Source: Novakomyces olei (Eukaryota). From it: a stretch of 64,000 bases of DNA. The DNA lies in NCBI GenBank assembly GCA_016906335.1, contig JADEYG010000003.1:496001-560000 (forward strand), read 5' to 3'. Each line of letters starts with the position of its first letter. Position 1 is the stretch's first letter. A program made the position numbers and the translations under genes. Under the pieces are notes generated by a model. The model saw nothing but the letters and a program-made list of their open reading frames with translations, made no database searches and was not told where the DNA came from. This document shows, piece by piece, positions 1 through 11,315 of the stretch.

Positions 1-107
1 TCAAGTTGACCTGCACTTTCTATTAAAGTTGACTCAAAGGTTAGAAAGGCATACTTTATTTGTACTGCGACACTACTCTTACATCTTTCCACATTAAATA
101 GTACTGT

Positions 108-132
108 ACGCGTTAAACAGTAATATACGCGT
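108..132. promoter_or_regulatory. Two MCB (ACGCGT) elements upstream of PSF3
   Basis: ACGCGT at 108-113 and 127-132, 47-71 bp before the ATG of a DNA replication gene; the MluI cell-cycle box is bound by MBF in yeasts. Confidence 0.65.
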
Positions 133-178
133 TTAATATATACTCGTTCAATGAACATATAGTACGAGCAGCGTGGCA

Positions 179-1124
179 ATGAGTCGGTACTTTGATTTGG
201 ACGATATCGGGACAGAACAGCAGGTAAGCGGGCTGCGTATTTCAAGAATCACTCTGATCACCTGCAGCGTATACCCTGTACCTTCAACGTCGATGTACAA
301 GGCCTCGGGGAGCTGGAAGGCGCTGGTGAATCTGTTGTAAGTGTATAAAACACGAAAACAATACTTACGGAGCAAGATTAAGCAGGGCACAAAGCTGGAC
401 TTGCCGCTTTGGATTGCTGACCCGCTGGCAATGCAAGAGTAAGCACACACCGGCCGGTCTTTACTCACAAAATTCAGCGACAGTATCCGTATCGATTGGC
501 CCTACGCCTTCCAGGGAGAAGTGAGAAACGCGCTACGTGCTAGTGCAATTGCCGTGTCGCTTCGAGACATTTGCCCGAATTATTATGCTCTGGCTAAAAG
601 ACTGTTGCTATTGTAAGGCCTTTCAAATATAACTCTTCAATGGGAGTTTATTACTATATATTTCATCATTTTTTTTAATTGCCTTATCTGTGGAGTCGGG
701 CGCTATTGTATTTACACTGTACCGCTCTCTTCATCCTCTCGATTACTCGCCGCCCTCCATACCCATACGTTTAACAGCACTAATTTCAAGGTTTGCCGAC
801 AACTCACTCGTGTCATTGCTATCCGATGTAAGGAGGAACAACATATCAAATACATGTTATGGAAACACAAGAAAAACCGATACTTATTCTGATAATGTGG
901 ACTAATTTCAAGACACTGCTTGCACGAGCATGTGAAATAATCGACCATGCCAGCAATCCACGGTCTGCCTTATTTGAAGGACGAGATTTCATTCAGGGGC
1001 TGGATGACAGTGAAGTCATCAGTGAGTATTTAGATTCCTACACGAGCTAATTATCCTAGTCTTTAAATTGGCACACGAGAGCCAAAAAGCTTACAAGAGA
1101 TGGAACGAGCAATCAAGGCGGTAA
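179..1124 (+). CDS. PSF3: GINS complex subunit Psf3 (7 exons)
   Basis: Not in the ORF track. Manual splicing gives MSRYFDLDDIGTEQQ|RIPCTFNVDVQGLGELEG...KLDLPLWIADPLA...SLRDICPNYY...FIQGLDDSE...LAHESQKAYKRW, matching the Psf3 pattern; 6 GT-AG introns keep frame. Confidence 0.9.
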
Positions 1125-1336
1125 CGCTTGTAAATATCGATTTCTATGCACTCCTTTTAATCGCAGTCTATGATACCAGAAATTAGTCTCGCAAAGTGTA
1201 AATAAATATATATATATAACAACACAAAATCAATCGTCAAAAAAAAAAAAAAAAAAAGAACCAATGTTCAACACCGCATTTGAAGGAGATATATGGATAT
1301 ATGTGTATCGTTGGCCTGTCCAGAAATTCAGACATT

Positions 1337-2290
1337 TTAAGCAACCGTTGCCGGTAGGGAAACTGGAACAGACGCGTACTCTGTCTCCTCACCATTCTCA
1401 TACTCCCACATATCAACAGCGACATCACAGCTTTCTCGTACAATTCTTTCAGCATCTGCCCTAAACGCCACTAAATCTGGCAGAACCTCGTCCGTCCCCA
1501 AACTGCCTAAGGCTTCAGCTGCCTCGTGGCGTACCATACTTTGCTCCGTTGTTCTCCGAAGTGATTCCAACAAGTACTTTGTGCTTTGAGCATTGCTCAT
1601 TTGCCCAAACACAAAGGCACATTCGTGTCTTAAGAGGGCAGAAGGATCGTCCAGTAAAGCACGTCCGATACTGTCAATAGCTGGTCCCGTGCCGATATCT
1701 CGTAAGCGAAACATGGCCCGGTACCGTTTGAAAAGTGGCTCATTCTGATCCTGTAGTATCTTATCGAGTAGCGCAATTTCTGCCTCGGAATCTGAAGCCT
1801 TCACTGGCTGTGCTGACGGAGCCGGATCAATACAATCATAGATAATAGCATCACTTGTAGGGCCCTGAGAGGCTTCCTCAGTAAGCGTCCATTGAATTCT
1901 GTCGAGAGCTAATTCACAAGTCTGCCGAATTACGTCACTTTCTGTTGTGTCATTGCGATATTCTTCCAAAAGGCTTATGCTGCCGCTATCGCCTAATGCA
2001 CCTAAAGCCTCAGCTGCCTCGTGCCGTACTATATCATCTTGTTCACCGCGCGCTTTTAGCAGTGTTTGTAGCACACGTACACAGTAGAGATCTTTTGTTT
2101 GACCCAAACAATAAGCAAGCTCGTGCTTTAGCAAGTTTGATTCGTCAGAAAAACCGCGCGCAATAGCGTCTACAGCTGAATGATCTCCATTGCTGGCCAA
2201 ATGACGCAGGGAATACAGAGCACGAAACCGTTCTTTCAAGGGTGTGCTAGTGTCGAGCAAGACTTTTTCCAAGTCGGCGACAGATTCCAT
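1337..2290 (-). CDS. LIA1: Deoxyhypusine hydroxylase
   Basis: 317-aa ORF with four HE iron-binding motifs (LKHELAY, VRHEAAEALG, LRHECAF, VRHEAAEALG) and the DPAP linker. Confidence 0.95.
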   Translation of the reverse strand: MESVADLEKVLLDTSTPLKERFRALYSLRHLASNGDHSAVDAIARGFSDESNLLKHELAYCLGQTKDLYCVRVLQTLLKARGEQDDIVRHEAAEALGALGDSGSISLLEEYRNDTTESDVIRQTCELALDRIQWTLTEEASQGPTSDAIIYDCIDPAPSAQPVKASDSEAEIALLDKILQDQNEPLFKRYRAMFRLRDIGTGPAIDSIGRALLDDPSALLRHECAFVFGQMSNAQSTKYLLESLRRTTEQSMVRHEAAEALGSLGTDEVLPDLVAFRADAERIVRESCDVAVDMWEYENGEETEYASVPVSLPATVA

Positions 2291-2362
2291 TAGAGTTGGC
2301 CTTGATTAGATGATTGTCTAATTTTTTTTTTGGGCATTAATTCTTTATCTTTTTGTCTAGAA

Positions 2363-2583
<221 letters not shown>

Positions 2584-2792
2584 AACATCGTCAAGAAACG
2601 ATAGACGGAAAACCAAACGCGCATAAACTTTTCGCGTCCCATCGATCTAAAGTCTGGAACGACGGGACTAATACGCGTAGATTTCTGACCCTTATCACGG
2701 TGTTTTGGCCGCTTTGATTACTTTGAACAATCACAGCCGGTCGCATCTTTCCCCGGGACACGCTAAAGCAATGGTCGTGTAGGTGAAAGCAA

Positions 2793-5549
2793 ATGGGCTA
2801 CCAGAAAGAATTTGCGTGTGAGTTTTCCAATAGCCCACGACGTGCTTCCTTACTGGATAAAGACGGTATGGTGATTGGCCAGGTTTTTCCCGATGAATTA
2901 CCGCGGTCAAAGAGACGGAAATCTGATTGGCAGAGGAACGAGCATCAGGAAGAACAGCAAGAGCAGCTCGAGGAGCAAGAAAGCAAGGAGCAAAATGACG
3001 TTTTAGGGGAGCGGCCTGTAAGCTTTTCTGAGCAAAACCAAAAGAATATTGATAATCATGACAAAGCGGTACAAGTCAAACCCAAGGCGGGAAAGAGGAA
3101 GAGTAGTATGGTTTTTATAGCTTCTTCGCCACAGCCCAAGACGGCGTCCAAACCTTCTCCGTCTTCCGCACCCAACGGATCTGTCTCTGGCGAGTATATA
3201 CAAGACCAGGTTCGGGCTAATGGGCATGAATCTGAAGAAAATCCTTATCTCTACAAGGTTGTTGTACCATCACGGTTTAACTCTGCAACCGGTTCCGGTG
3301 ACCATGATCAGGAAACGCTTGGAGGATTCAATAAAAATGGTGCTATTATATACGAAATTGCGGATTCTGATGGCGAAGGAGCCGATGCAAAGGACTCCAG
3401 ATCGAACTCAGAAGGGAATAGCAATACAAAGAATAACAATACTAGTTATATCCATGAAAATAATGCTACAAGGTCCGATTTGCAGTCTTCCCAACACGAT
3501 CAGGAGCAATATTTTGAACCGACGAAGCGTGCGGTGATCTCCCGGCAAGAAAGCATGCAGAGAAAGAAAGCATTACGGGAAAAAGCTTTACAAGAAAAAG
3601 CTTTGCAAGAGAAGGAGGCCAAAGAAAAAGCACGGAGGGAACGTGAAAGAGCCCGGCAAGAACAGGAAAGGGTTCGGCAAGAAAAAGAAAAGATTCGGCA
3701 AGAGCAAGAGAGGCTCTATCGACTGGAACAGGAGAAGGTTCGAGCAGAGCAAGAGAGGCTTCGAGCAGAGCAAGAAAGGATACGAGCAGAGCAAGAGCGG
3801 CTATCGTCACTCAAGACAGCAATAGTAAAGAAGCTCGAGTTTTGCTCTGTCAAAGCTTCAACAGACACGCAATTGCCGCTAACGAGAATTTACTCCAAAA
3901 CCTCTACGGATGAAATAGTTCTACAAAGACTCCAGGTTCGAGAATTTTTATACAAGTTTTACGATTTTTTCCAGTTTAGTTACAGATCGCTGGCCTCTGT
4001 GGACAATGTGCTTGAGCCGTGGACGGCAGAAGTGTTACGCAAGATTTTTATTGCCTTACTTGCGCCGGTTGAGCCCGATCTTGTACAGCGTCATCCGGCA
4101 TTCTCGCTTTTACAGCAATTACGGAAACTTTACCGTCGTGGTGTCGATGAATTGTACAGCAATTTGGCGCAGTTTTTCGGACAGCTGCCTCGAGACGATG
4201 TTGATTTCGAGGTGCAAATTATTGGATATATCGTGAAAACGATGGACATTGTAATGTCATGTGACTCGTTTCGTGAGCATATAAACGAGATGATGGCACA
4301 GCGGCTCAAGCTTCATTCAGAATTTGTAGCAGCCAGAAATGCCAAACAAAAGGCGGCCGATGAGCTAGGACAGAGTTTCAATGGAGTATTATCAGCTGAA
4401 ATACAATCCGACCCCTCAACAACTGCTTCTCCAGAGCCAAAGGCTGCAACTAATAGCAATGCCTATAATAATGACATTAAAGTTTACCGGGATTTGCGAG
4501 CAAAATCGCGCAAGGAGATGGAAGATTTGAAGGCAGCTCACTATGAATCTGATTGCGCCCTCAGTGTCCGTATGCCCTGCCTCGGCACAGATACAGATGG
4601 CAATAAATATTATGTTTTTGCAAAGATGAAGGACTCGAAATTTGTGCAAGGCTGGGCTACACAAATTACAGTGACCTGTCCACCATCGAGCCCTTTACTG
4701 GAATGGGTGAGGGCAAATGACGAGGCTAGTAAGGGGCTGAATGGTAATATTTTAATCGATATAAATTTTTTGTATTTTGGTTTGGATTTGATTTTATTGC
4801 GGCTGTTGCTGTTGATATATCTAATATTGTTTATATTAATATCTATGTTACATGTCCCTTTTTCAATTTTTTATTTTTTGGTTTTCCAGGCAATTACTAA
4901 TAATGAAGAATCTGAAGCAAATACGGACGATAAAGCGGGAGATTCTGAAATTGTAAAAGAGGAATCTGCATATACGGAGCCTGGAGCAAAGACTGACAAA
5001 GTTGGGGATGAATCGGGCAACAGGTTGGGACCCGAGGGAAAAGAGACCGTAAACTCTGTGAGCAGTAGCAGCAACAAAGACTCTTCGGCAGTTCCATTCG
5101 GAGACGGAGACGAATTGAACAAGAGTATAGATTCAAATGACTCTCAATTGAATCAGGCCTCTTTAAAATCGACAGAGATTACATCTCAATTTAACGAAAA
5201 CAGGGCGGCCTCTGACATTTCACCAGAGGTGCCAGCCTTAAAGACGATGTTTTGCATTGATGCGCTTGAAAATATGATTAGAGCAGAGCCTTATATTAGG
5301 TATCGAGCTGCAAGAAGGGCAGCTAAAACCTTTGCAGACCGCAAGGAGCATTTAGAGTGTCTACGCCTCGTTGCAAAGATCGACACGTTTAACTTTGCAC
5401 AATTGGAATTGCTTAGCTTGAAATTAGAGGAGGAAAAGCGCATTTTCCAAGCCATACAAACCGGTGCTCAGCAAGCTGTGAGCCCGCTTTGTAATGGTAT
5501 CAGCCAATTTGTTGCGCATTTTCAAAGGCAGTTGGCAGAATTGGCTTGA
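2793..5549 (+). CDS. Uncharacterised coiled-coil protein with DDT/WHIM-like segments (possible chromatin-remodeller subunit); intron 4744-4908
   Basis: Long ORF with RAEQER heptad repeats, LQVREFLYKFYDFF (DDT-like) and LGTDTDGNKYYVF (WHIM2/WSD-like); a T-rich GTAATA...CTAATAATGAAG intron explains the hydrophobic insert. The gene is solid, the function is tentative. Confidence 0.6.
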   Translation: MGYQKEFACEFSNSPRRASLLDKDGMVIGQVFPDELPRSKRRKSDWQRNEHQEEQQEQLEEQESKEQNDVLGERPVSFSEQNQKNIDNHDKAVQVKPKAGKRKSSMVFIASSPQPKTASKPSPSSAPNGSVSGEYIQDQVRANGHESEENPYLYKVVVPSRFNSATGSGDHDQETLGGFNKNGAIIYEIADSDGEGADAKDSRSNSEGNSNTKNNNTSYIHENNATRSDLQSSQHDQEQYFEPTKRAVISRQESMQRKKALREKALQEKALQEKEAKEKARRERERARQEQERVRQEKEKIRQEQERLYRLEQEKVRAEQERLRAEQERIRAEQERLSSLKTAIVKKLEFCSVKASTDTQLPLTRIYSKTSTDEIVLQRLQVREFLYKFYDFFQFSYRSLASVDNVLEPWTAEVLRKIFIALLAPVEPDLVQRHPAFSLLQQLRKLYRRGVDELYSNLAQFFGQLPRDDVDFEVQIIGYIVKTMDIVMSCDSFREHINEMMAQRLKLHSEFVAARNAKQKAADELGQSFNGVLSAEIQSDPSTTASPEPKAATNSNAYNNDIKVYRDLRAKSRKEMEDLKAAHYESDCALSVRMPCLGTDTDGNKYYVFAKMKDSKFVQGWATQITVTCPPSSPLLEWVRANDEASKGLNGNILIDINFLYFGLDLILLRLLLLIYLILFILISMLHVPFSIFYFLVFQAITNNEESEANTDDKAGDSEIVKEESAYTEPGAKTDKVGDESGNRLGPEGKETVNSVSSSSNKDSSAVPFGDGDELNKSIDSNDSQLNQASLKSTEITSQFNENRAASDISPEVPALKTMFCIDALENMIRAEPYIRYRAARRAAKTFADRKEHLECLRLVAKIDTFNFAQLELLSLKLEEEKRIFQAIQTGAQQAVSPLCNGISQFVAHFQRQLAELA

Positions 5550-5692
5550 TTGCAAAAGTAGGCACTGGGCAATAGACAACAAGTCAGCTAGAGAATAGTG
5601 TTTATATATACATATTAAAAGGCAGACACGTAACTGCACCCGATCCATCCAGTAAGTACGGAGTAGCAATTCATCATTGTTTCCAGCAAGTA

Positions 5693-5740
5693 ATCACATT
5701 AACCCTAGCCCTGACCCTTTTTATATCGATATTAGGGTTT
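5693..5740. promoter_or_regulatory. AACCCT-box/telobox-like cluster
   Basis: ATCACATTAACCCTAGCCCTGACCCT followed by inverted TTAGGGTT, about 130 bp upstream of the ATG at 5868. Confidence 0.45.
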
Positions 5741-5867
5741 AAATACAATTATTTACAAAACCAGCAAGCTGATTTAAAACACCAATATTGGTACGCGGAC
5801 GGACGGACGGTCCTGCTTTCATGCTTGATTCGAGCGACGCGATTCTCGGGCAGTAATATACGATGCC

Positions 5868-6591
5868 ATGAATGGCCGGCAGAAATCAAGGTGGCGAGTA
5901 GGCGGAGCAATAGGCCTGGCGGCCGTACTGGCGGTGGGCGCTACTGCACTTTGGTACTATTGGAGTGGAGACGAAACAAGCTCGCCTTCTAATGCTGTGC
6001 GGGAAAGCGAGACTGCCTCGCATCCGCTGGTCGCGGTGCTAATTGTCCCGGAAAATGTATGATTTTTAAAGAAGAATTACTGATCCAACGGAATGATTTA
6101 AGAAAATTGATTAAATATTGAACTCGATCAAAGAAAAAAGTATAAAATAATATTAAAATAATATTAAAATAATACTAAAATATATTAAAAAATCAAACTA
6201 GACCAATTGTCAAATTAATAAACTGCTAATAATGTCTTTTATACAGAAGTTTACAGAGGACGAGTTGCACGTGTTGGCTACACAGTATTCACAAGTTATT
6301 GCGATACTAGTGCGCCCGCAAAAAGGCCAAAAGTCGCCGCGGTACCTTAAAATTGTGGACGCGTTTTCCGGGCAGACAAGTGCCCGCTGTGCCATTTTAT
6401 ACTCTGATAATTGTACGGGCGCCTGTGCAATGGCGCGGCACTTGATGCCACAGGCTCTTTATTTCAGCCAGACTTTTTCTCCTGCTGATACGGCTATTAT
6501 TGAAGGGATGAAGCGTAAGTTTGGCCATTAATCTGAGAATTAAACTGACAAATGACAAGTCGTACTGCCAGTGTACAGAGTTTCTACTTGA
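5868..6591 (+). CDS. Small N-terminally membrane-anchored protein, possibly Pex22-like (3 exons)
   Basis: Basic N-terminus plus TM (GGAIGLAAVLAVGATALWYYW); introns 6057-6246 and about 6515-6559; ILYSDNCTGACAMARHLMP loosely resembles the Pex22 core. Confidence 0.45.
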
Positions 6592-7777
6592 CGGCACCTG
6601 TATTGTACGCGACGCGTACGGAGCTAGAACGCAGTTTAATTGGCTGGCAGCCTGGTCAATCCAGCCCGTGCCAGTCTACGCACAGGCCATTGAAGGTAGA
6701 GTTTGCCGCTGTGACTCTTGGTTACTGTGCAATTAAATTCTCACACCTGAAACGGCAGTGCAAGACTTGTGGCCGCCTTGTGAACAACGCAACAAGTCAT
6801 TTTAATTTTATATGATTATCAAGTACTCACTACTAATTACGTCACACGTACTTGTTTAGTCACACGTACTTGTGCAAGATTGTGTGGGCAAGTGTAGTTG
6901 GACTGAAAAGAACAAGCATTGCTATTAACCAAAGCTGCATGACTATTCAAGAGACCTATGCAATAGCTGGAGCCGAGTAATTTGCTGGCAGGACCGAACA
7001 AAAGTAGCCTGAATGAATTTTAGAGACCGCATTTAGGGAGAATGGCCTCTGTAAATCTAGTGCCTTTTATTATCAACCCCCATCGGCCTGCTAGGCTTTG
7101 TTTATACGCGAGCACCGCTCTTGCAAACTCGAGTACCCAATCATAGTCAAAGACCAGCTCATGGCCCTAACCCCCATATTCTTCCGTCAAACTGACCATT
7201 GAAGTTTGTTGGCTTTCTTCGATATTTTCCTGAACATCAATCGGCGCTTGTGTACATTTTTAACACGCGTCCAATCACGTTCCCGTTCGTTTATGTTTGC
7301 CATTTAAGTTTTGAACGTATAAGTTTTCTGATTTTCTCGAACCCCCAATCCCAAACTTTTGGTGCGCACAAAAAAAAAAGCAAAGACACACATAGTAGAA
7401 GTAACAAAAATAAAATAAAATAAACGTTGGAATAAAAATAGTTTATTCTTCAAGCGATTAGAAGAATAGGTTGAAGAACAGAGGACAGAATGGACTAATC
7501 GCATTCAAATGATATTCAAATGATATTCAAATGATTGTCCAGAGATAATCTTTGAGATCTCTACATTAAAAGATCTCTCACAGTAAATAAGCATTAAAAT
7601 ATTAAAATATTAAAAATATTTTTAATATTAATAAGATTCAAATGAACAAAAAGAATAAATATAAAACCAGCAGATCTGTCTCTATCCGAACAAATGTCAT
7701 TGACTCGACTCTCCCATCAATCGCAGCTGATCAAACCACCCTTCTCTCAAAGCCTGAAGAAACAAGCTCTCTTTTCT

Positions 7778-9934
7778 TTAAGCAACGGGCTGCTCGCCTG
7801 TCTTTTCCTGGTACTCCTTGAGCACACTAAGCGCCTCGTCGACTTTGCTACGCAGAGCAGACTCCTCTTCGATCAAGTTTAACAGCTCAGAGTTGTCCAT
7901 CTCCAAGAGCATCCCCGTAATCTTTCCTGCCAGTTCAGGTTGGTGAGCATGGATCTTTGGGTACAGCGCTTCTCCTAGCATCTGCTTTTGGTTCTCGGGA
8001 CTAGCATTGGCTAGTGCAGCAGCAGTAAACCCGGAATCTTCGCCGGCGGGCAGAGCCGACTCGGCTTCTTGAGGCATTGCCGGCCGGATTGGTCGGGGCA
8101 TCGGTGGACGAGCGCCCATAGGCAGGATTGGACGAGAGTTGGCAGCTGCGTTACTTGCTCCTGGAGGAGGAACTCCTCCAGCATTGCCATTAGCATTGCC
8201 AGCGCCTCGGCCGTTCACTTGTCCCGGCATTGGAGGCCTCATGCCATATTGGCCGTAGGGCACGTAGCCCATTGCTGCGGCAGGAACGCCTCCGGGTCCC
8301 ATGCCAGCTTGGGGATTGCCATAACGCGGAGGCCGGCCAAAGGCCTGGGCTCCCGGGTAAGGCGGGACTACTCCTCCCGCTGCAGAGTGATGATTGCCAG
8401 CTCCTCCAGCGCCTCGTGGAGGGGGCCCTGTGGCAATAAAATTGGGAGCTCCAGGCTGATGGCCCTGTGGAGGATAATAGAGCGGCTGAGGAATACCAAA
8501 CTGGCCAGGCATGCCAGCGGCAGCTGCTGCCTGTTGCTGTAATCGCAGCTGGTTTCTGGCCTGGATCTGTGCTTCCAACTGGCCCCTGCGGACATCCTTT
8601 CGCTGAGCCAGGGCTACGTAGAGAGGCTTGCCTGCAATCATTCGCTGGTTCATCTCAGTGACCGCTTTGGTGGCCTCTTCAGGGTCAGAGAAGCACACAA
8701 AGCCAAAGCCTTTTGATTTGCCGTGCTCGTCTACCATAACTTTGGCAGAAGTTATGTTGCCAAAGACAGAAAACTCGCTCTGCAATCTCGCATCGTCAAC
8801 TTCGTCCTGCAGGTTCTTGATAAACAGGTTTACTCCCTGGTACTTGTTGAGTTTTTCGTTCTTTGCTCGTTCGTAAGAATTTCGCAGCTCTTGTTCGCGC
8901 TCATACTTCTTTTGAGCTCGGCCGACAAAGAGCCTTTCGCCCTTAAACTCGGTATCATTCAGCTCCTCAACTGCTCGAGCAGCACTTTCATGTGATTCGT
9001 AATTAACAAACCCGAACCCACGGGGTTTGCCGTCTTCGTCCCGGGAAAGAGCGGACGAAGTTATAGTCCCGTATTTCAGAAACAAGTTATTCAACTCCTC
9101 ATCCGTAACATCCTCGGGCAAGTTTTTGATAAAGACATTGGTAAAATTGGCTTTTGCCGCCTCAAACTTGGACATACGGTCGCGCTTTGAGACGTGGTGG
9201 GCCACATACACTTTACGGTCGTTCAAAAGCATACCATTAACGTGCTTAATAGCAGCATCAGCGGCTTCGCTTGCGTCATAGTGAACAAACCCGTATCCCT
9301 TAGAATTGTTCAGGTCATCCACTGCCACTTTACAGCTCAGAATATTTCCAAAGGCAGAGAAGGTATCGTGCAGGGCCTTGTTATCGATAGCCGGGTCCAG
9401 GTTTTTGATAAAGATATTGCCTGCTCCAGTCTTACGCAGCGACGGGTCACGCTGGCTCCACATTATTCTGCAGGGACGGCCCTTTATAAGGGTATAGTTC
9501 AAATCGTCCAGTGCCCTTTCTCCATCATCAGCACTGTTGAAATTAACATACGCGTAACCGAGACTGCGACGCGTAACCGCGTCACGGCAGACTCGGATAC
9601 TCGCTACACTTCCGACCTGGTTGAAGAGCTCATAGAGCATTGCCTCCGTCACACTTGGATCCAGTTCGCCCACGTACAGTGAGGCGGATTGAGGATTGGC
9701 TCCGTTTCCTGCCGCTGGCTGAGCAGAAGAAGATTCTGCACCCGTCTTTTCATCGGCACCAGTCTTTTCATCGGCAGCAGAATTCGTGTCGGCTCCAGGT
9801 GTAGCGTCTGCTCCATTTTTCTCATTAACAGCGGTCACTGAACCTTCAGTTCGAGCCTCTGGAACCTGCTCAGCTGCGTCATTGTGTACAGGAGCCGCGG
9901 CCGCGGCGGGAGAAGCGGTAGTAGCGGCGGACAT
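7778..9934 (-). CDS. PAB1: Polyadenylate-binding protein
   Basis: Four RRMs ([32 protein letters not shown]) and an MLLE domain ([11 protein letters not shown]); first ATG at 9934. Confidence 0.98.
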   Translation of the reverse strand: MSAATTASPAAAAAPVHNDAAEQVPEARTEGSVTAVNEKNGADATPGADTNSAADEKTGADEKTGAESSSAQPAAGNGANPQSASLYVGELDPSVTEAMLYELFNQVGSVASIRVCRDAVTRRSLGYAYVNFNSADDGERALDDLNYTLIKGRPCRIMWSQRDPSLRKTGAGNIFIKNLDPAIDNKALHDTFSAFGNILSCKVAVDDLNNSKGYGFVHYDASEAADAAIKHVNGMLLNDRKVYVAHHVSKRDRMSKFEAAKANFTNVFIKNLPEDVTDEELNNLFLKYGTITSSALSRDEDGKPRGFGFVNYESHESAARAVEELNDTEFKGERLFVGRAQKKYEREQELRNSYERAKNEKLNKYQGVNLFIKNLQDEVDDARLQSEFSVFGNITSAKVMVDEHGKSKGFGFVCFSDPEEATKAVTEMNQRMIAGKPLYVALAQRKDVRRGQLEAQIQARNQLRLQQQAAAAAGMPGQFGIPQPLYYPPQGHQPGAPNFIATGPPPRGAGGAGNHHSAAGGVVPPYPGAQAFGRPPRYGNPQAGMGPGGVPAAAMGYVPYGQYGMRPPMPGQVNGRGAGNANGNAGGVPPPGASNAAANSRPILPMGARPPMPRPIRPAMPQEAESALPAGEDSGFTAAALANASPENQKQMLGEALYPKIHAHQPELAGKITGMLLEMDNSELLNLIEEESALRSKVDEALSVLKEYQEKTGEQPVA

Positions 9935-10966
9935 TGTGGATGCACTTGCGGCCGGGCAGGGATCAATAACGAGCAAATTTTTTGTATGGCCTTTTTAACA
10001 GGTTTGCGCTTTTATTAAAAAAAATTATTGTATAGACAAGTAGTCACTTTGTCGGATTTACTTGTATTTGGGCTTTATCTGGTTGGTTTGTATTAATTAT
10101 ATTTCAAGTATGGCGGCGCATCACTGCCGCCACTTATTATTACGCTATTACTTGCTGTAACGCACTTTATATTTCTTTTTTTGTTAATTCTTGTTTTATA
10201 AACAAATTTTATACTGCGACTCGTGTTTCTTGCTAAATTAGCTGACGAGTGTTATATTACTTTAGTGTTCGGCACTTTTATTTGCCCTCCAACAGATTGT
10301 CAGACTTTTAGTTGGCCCAAGGCCGAAGGGACTTTAGACTATCTTTGTAGGGAAAGCAATTCAAGCGGCAGTTTATGATCATGCATCTTGCATTGCACCC
10401 GGCCATTTAGCTTCTCGAGCTTAAATCACAAAAGACTATTTTATATTCTGCCCCGTTCAAATACTAGCCATCCATAGCGAAACCACATGAAAGCGAACAC
10501 GTAACTTTACTGTATAGCGAACTCGCAGCTAATTTATAGGGGAAAAAGCTAAAATAGCTGGTGGCAAACCGTAAATAGTATACGTAAAACACACGTTGTA
10601 AAATTACAGACACTTTTGCCCGATAAGACAGGGTTTTGCCCTCGCTTAATAGCGAACGCACGTCTAGGCGCTCACATTACGCCTTCCCCACCATCGATCA
10701 GGGCCGTTTGTGATGATGATAATTGCCCATTTGCGGCATGAAACCCTAAATATTTCAAGCTACAAGGCTATTATGGCAACTAGTAGATTTCCATGTATTT
10801 AGAGGCTCAGTAGAATGCCTTTTTAAAAGGCAATACACTAGCGCTGTAACGGGGCAGGCAGCACAGCACCGTGCCTGGTACTTTATTCCGTCTCTGGGAA
10901 AGCACCAGGTTGCACCAGGATCCCGGAATTTTAGACTTGTGCTGGCCTTTATCATACCTCCACAAC

Positions 10967-11039
10967 CAAAGTCCTCTACGTTTCACAGTCGTCTACTTTC
11001 CAAAGTCCCCTACTTTCAAAGTCCTCTACTTTCCAAAGT
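10967..11039. repeat. Degenerate tandem repeat, about 4 x CAAAGTCCTCTACTTTC
   Basis: Direct reading; lies about 280 bp upstream of the USP gene. Confidence 0.8.
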
Positions 11040-11315
11040 AATAGACTTTTTATTTACATACCCTCAGCCGATCGAACGAGGTCTAGTAACGCTGCACACA
11101 TACAGTAATAAATAAAATACAATAAGGTGATTTATTCTCCCAACACGTATAAGAATCGCTATACTCTACGCTTGTACGAATTGCTCACTTTGCAGCCTCG
11201 GACAGCAGATAGATCCTGTACGTCTTGAGCCTCCGCGGCAGAAGGCAAGAGGACCCAAAGCACACAGTCAAAGGGAGAAATTACGAATTAAATAAAAGAT
11301 CACAGATAGGCGGCT

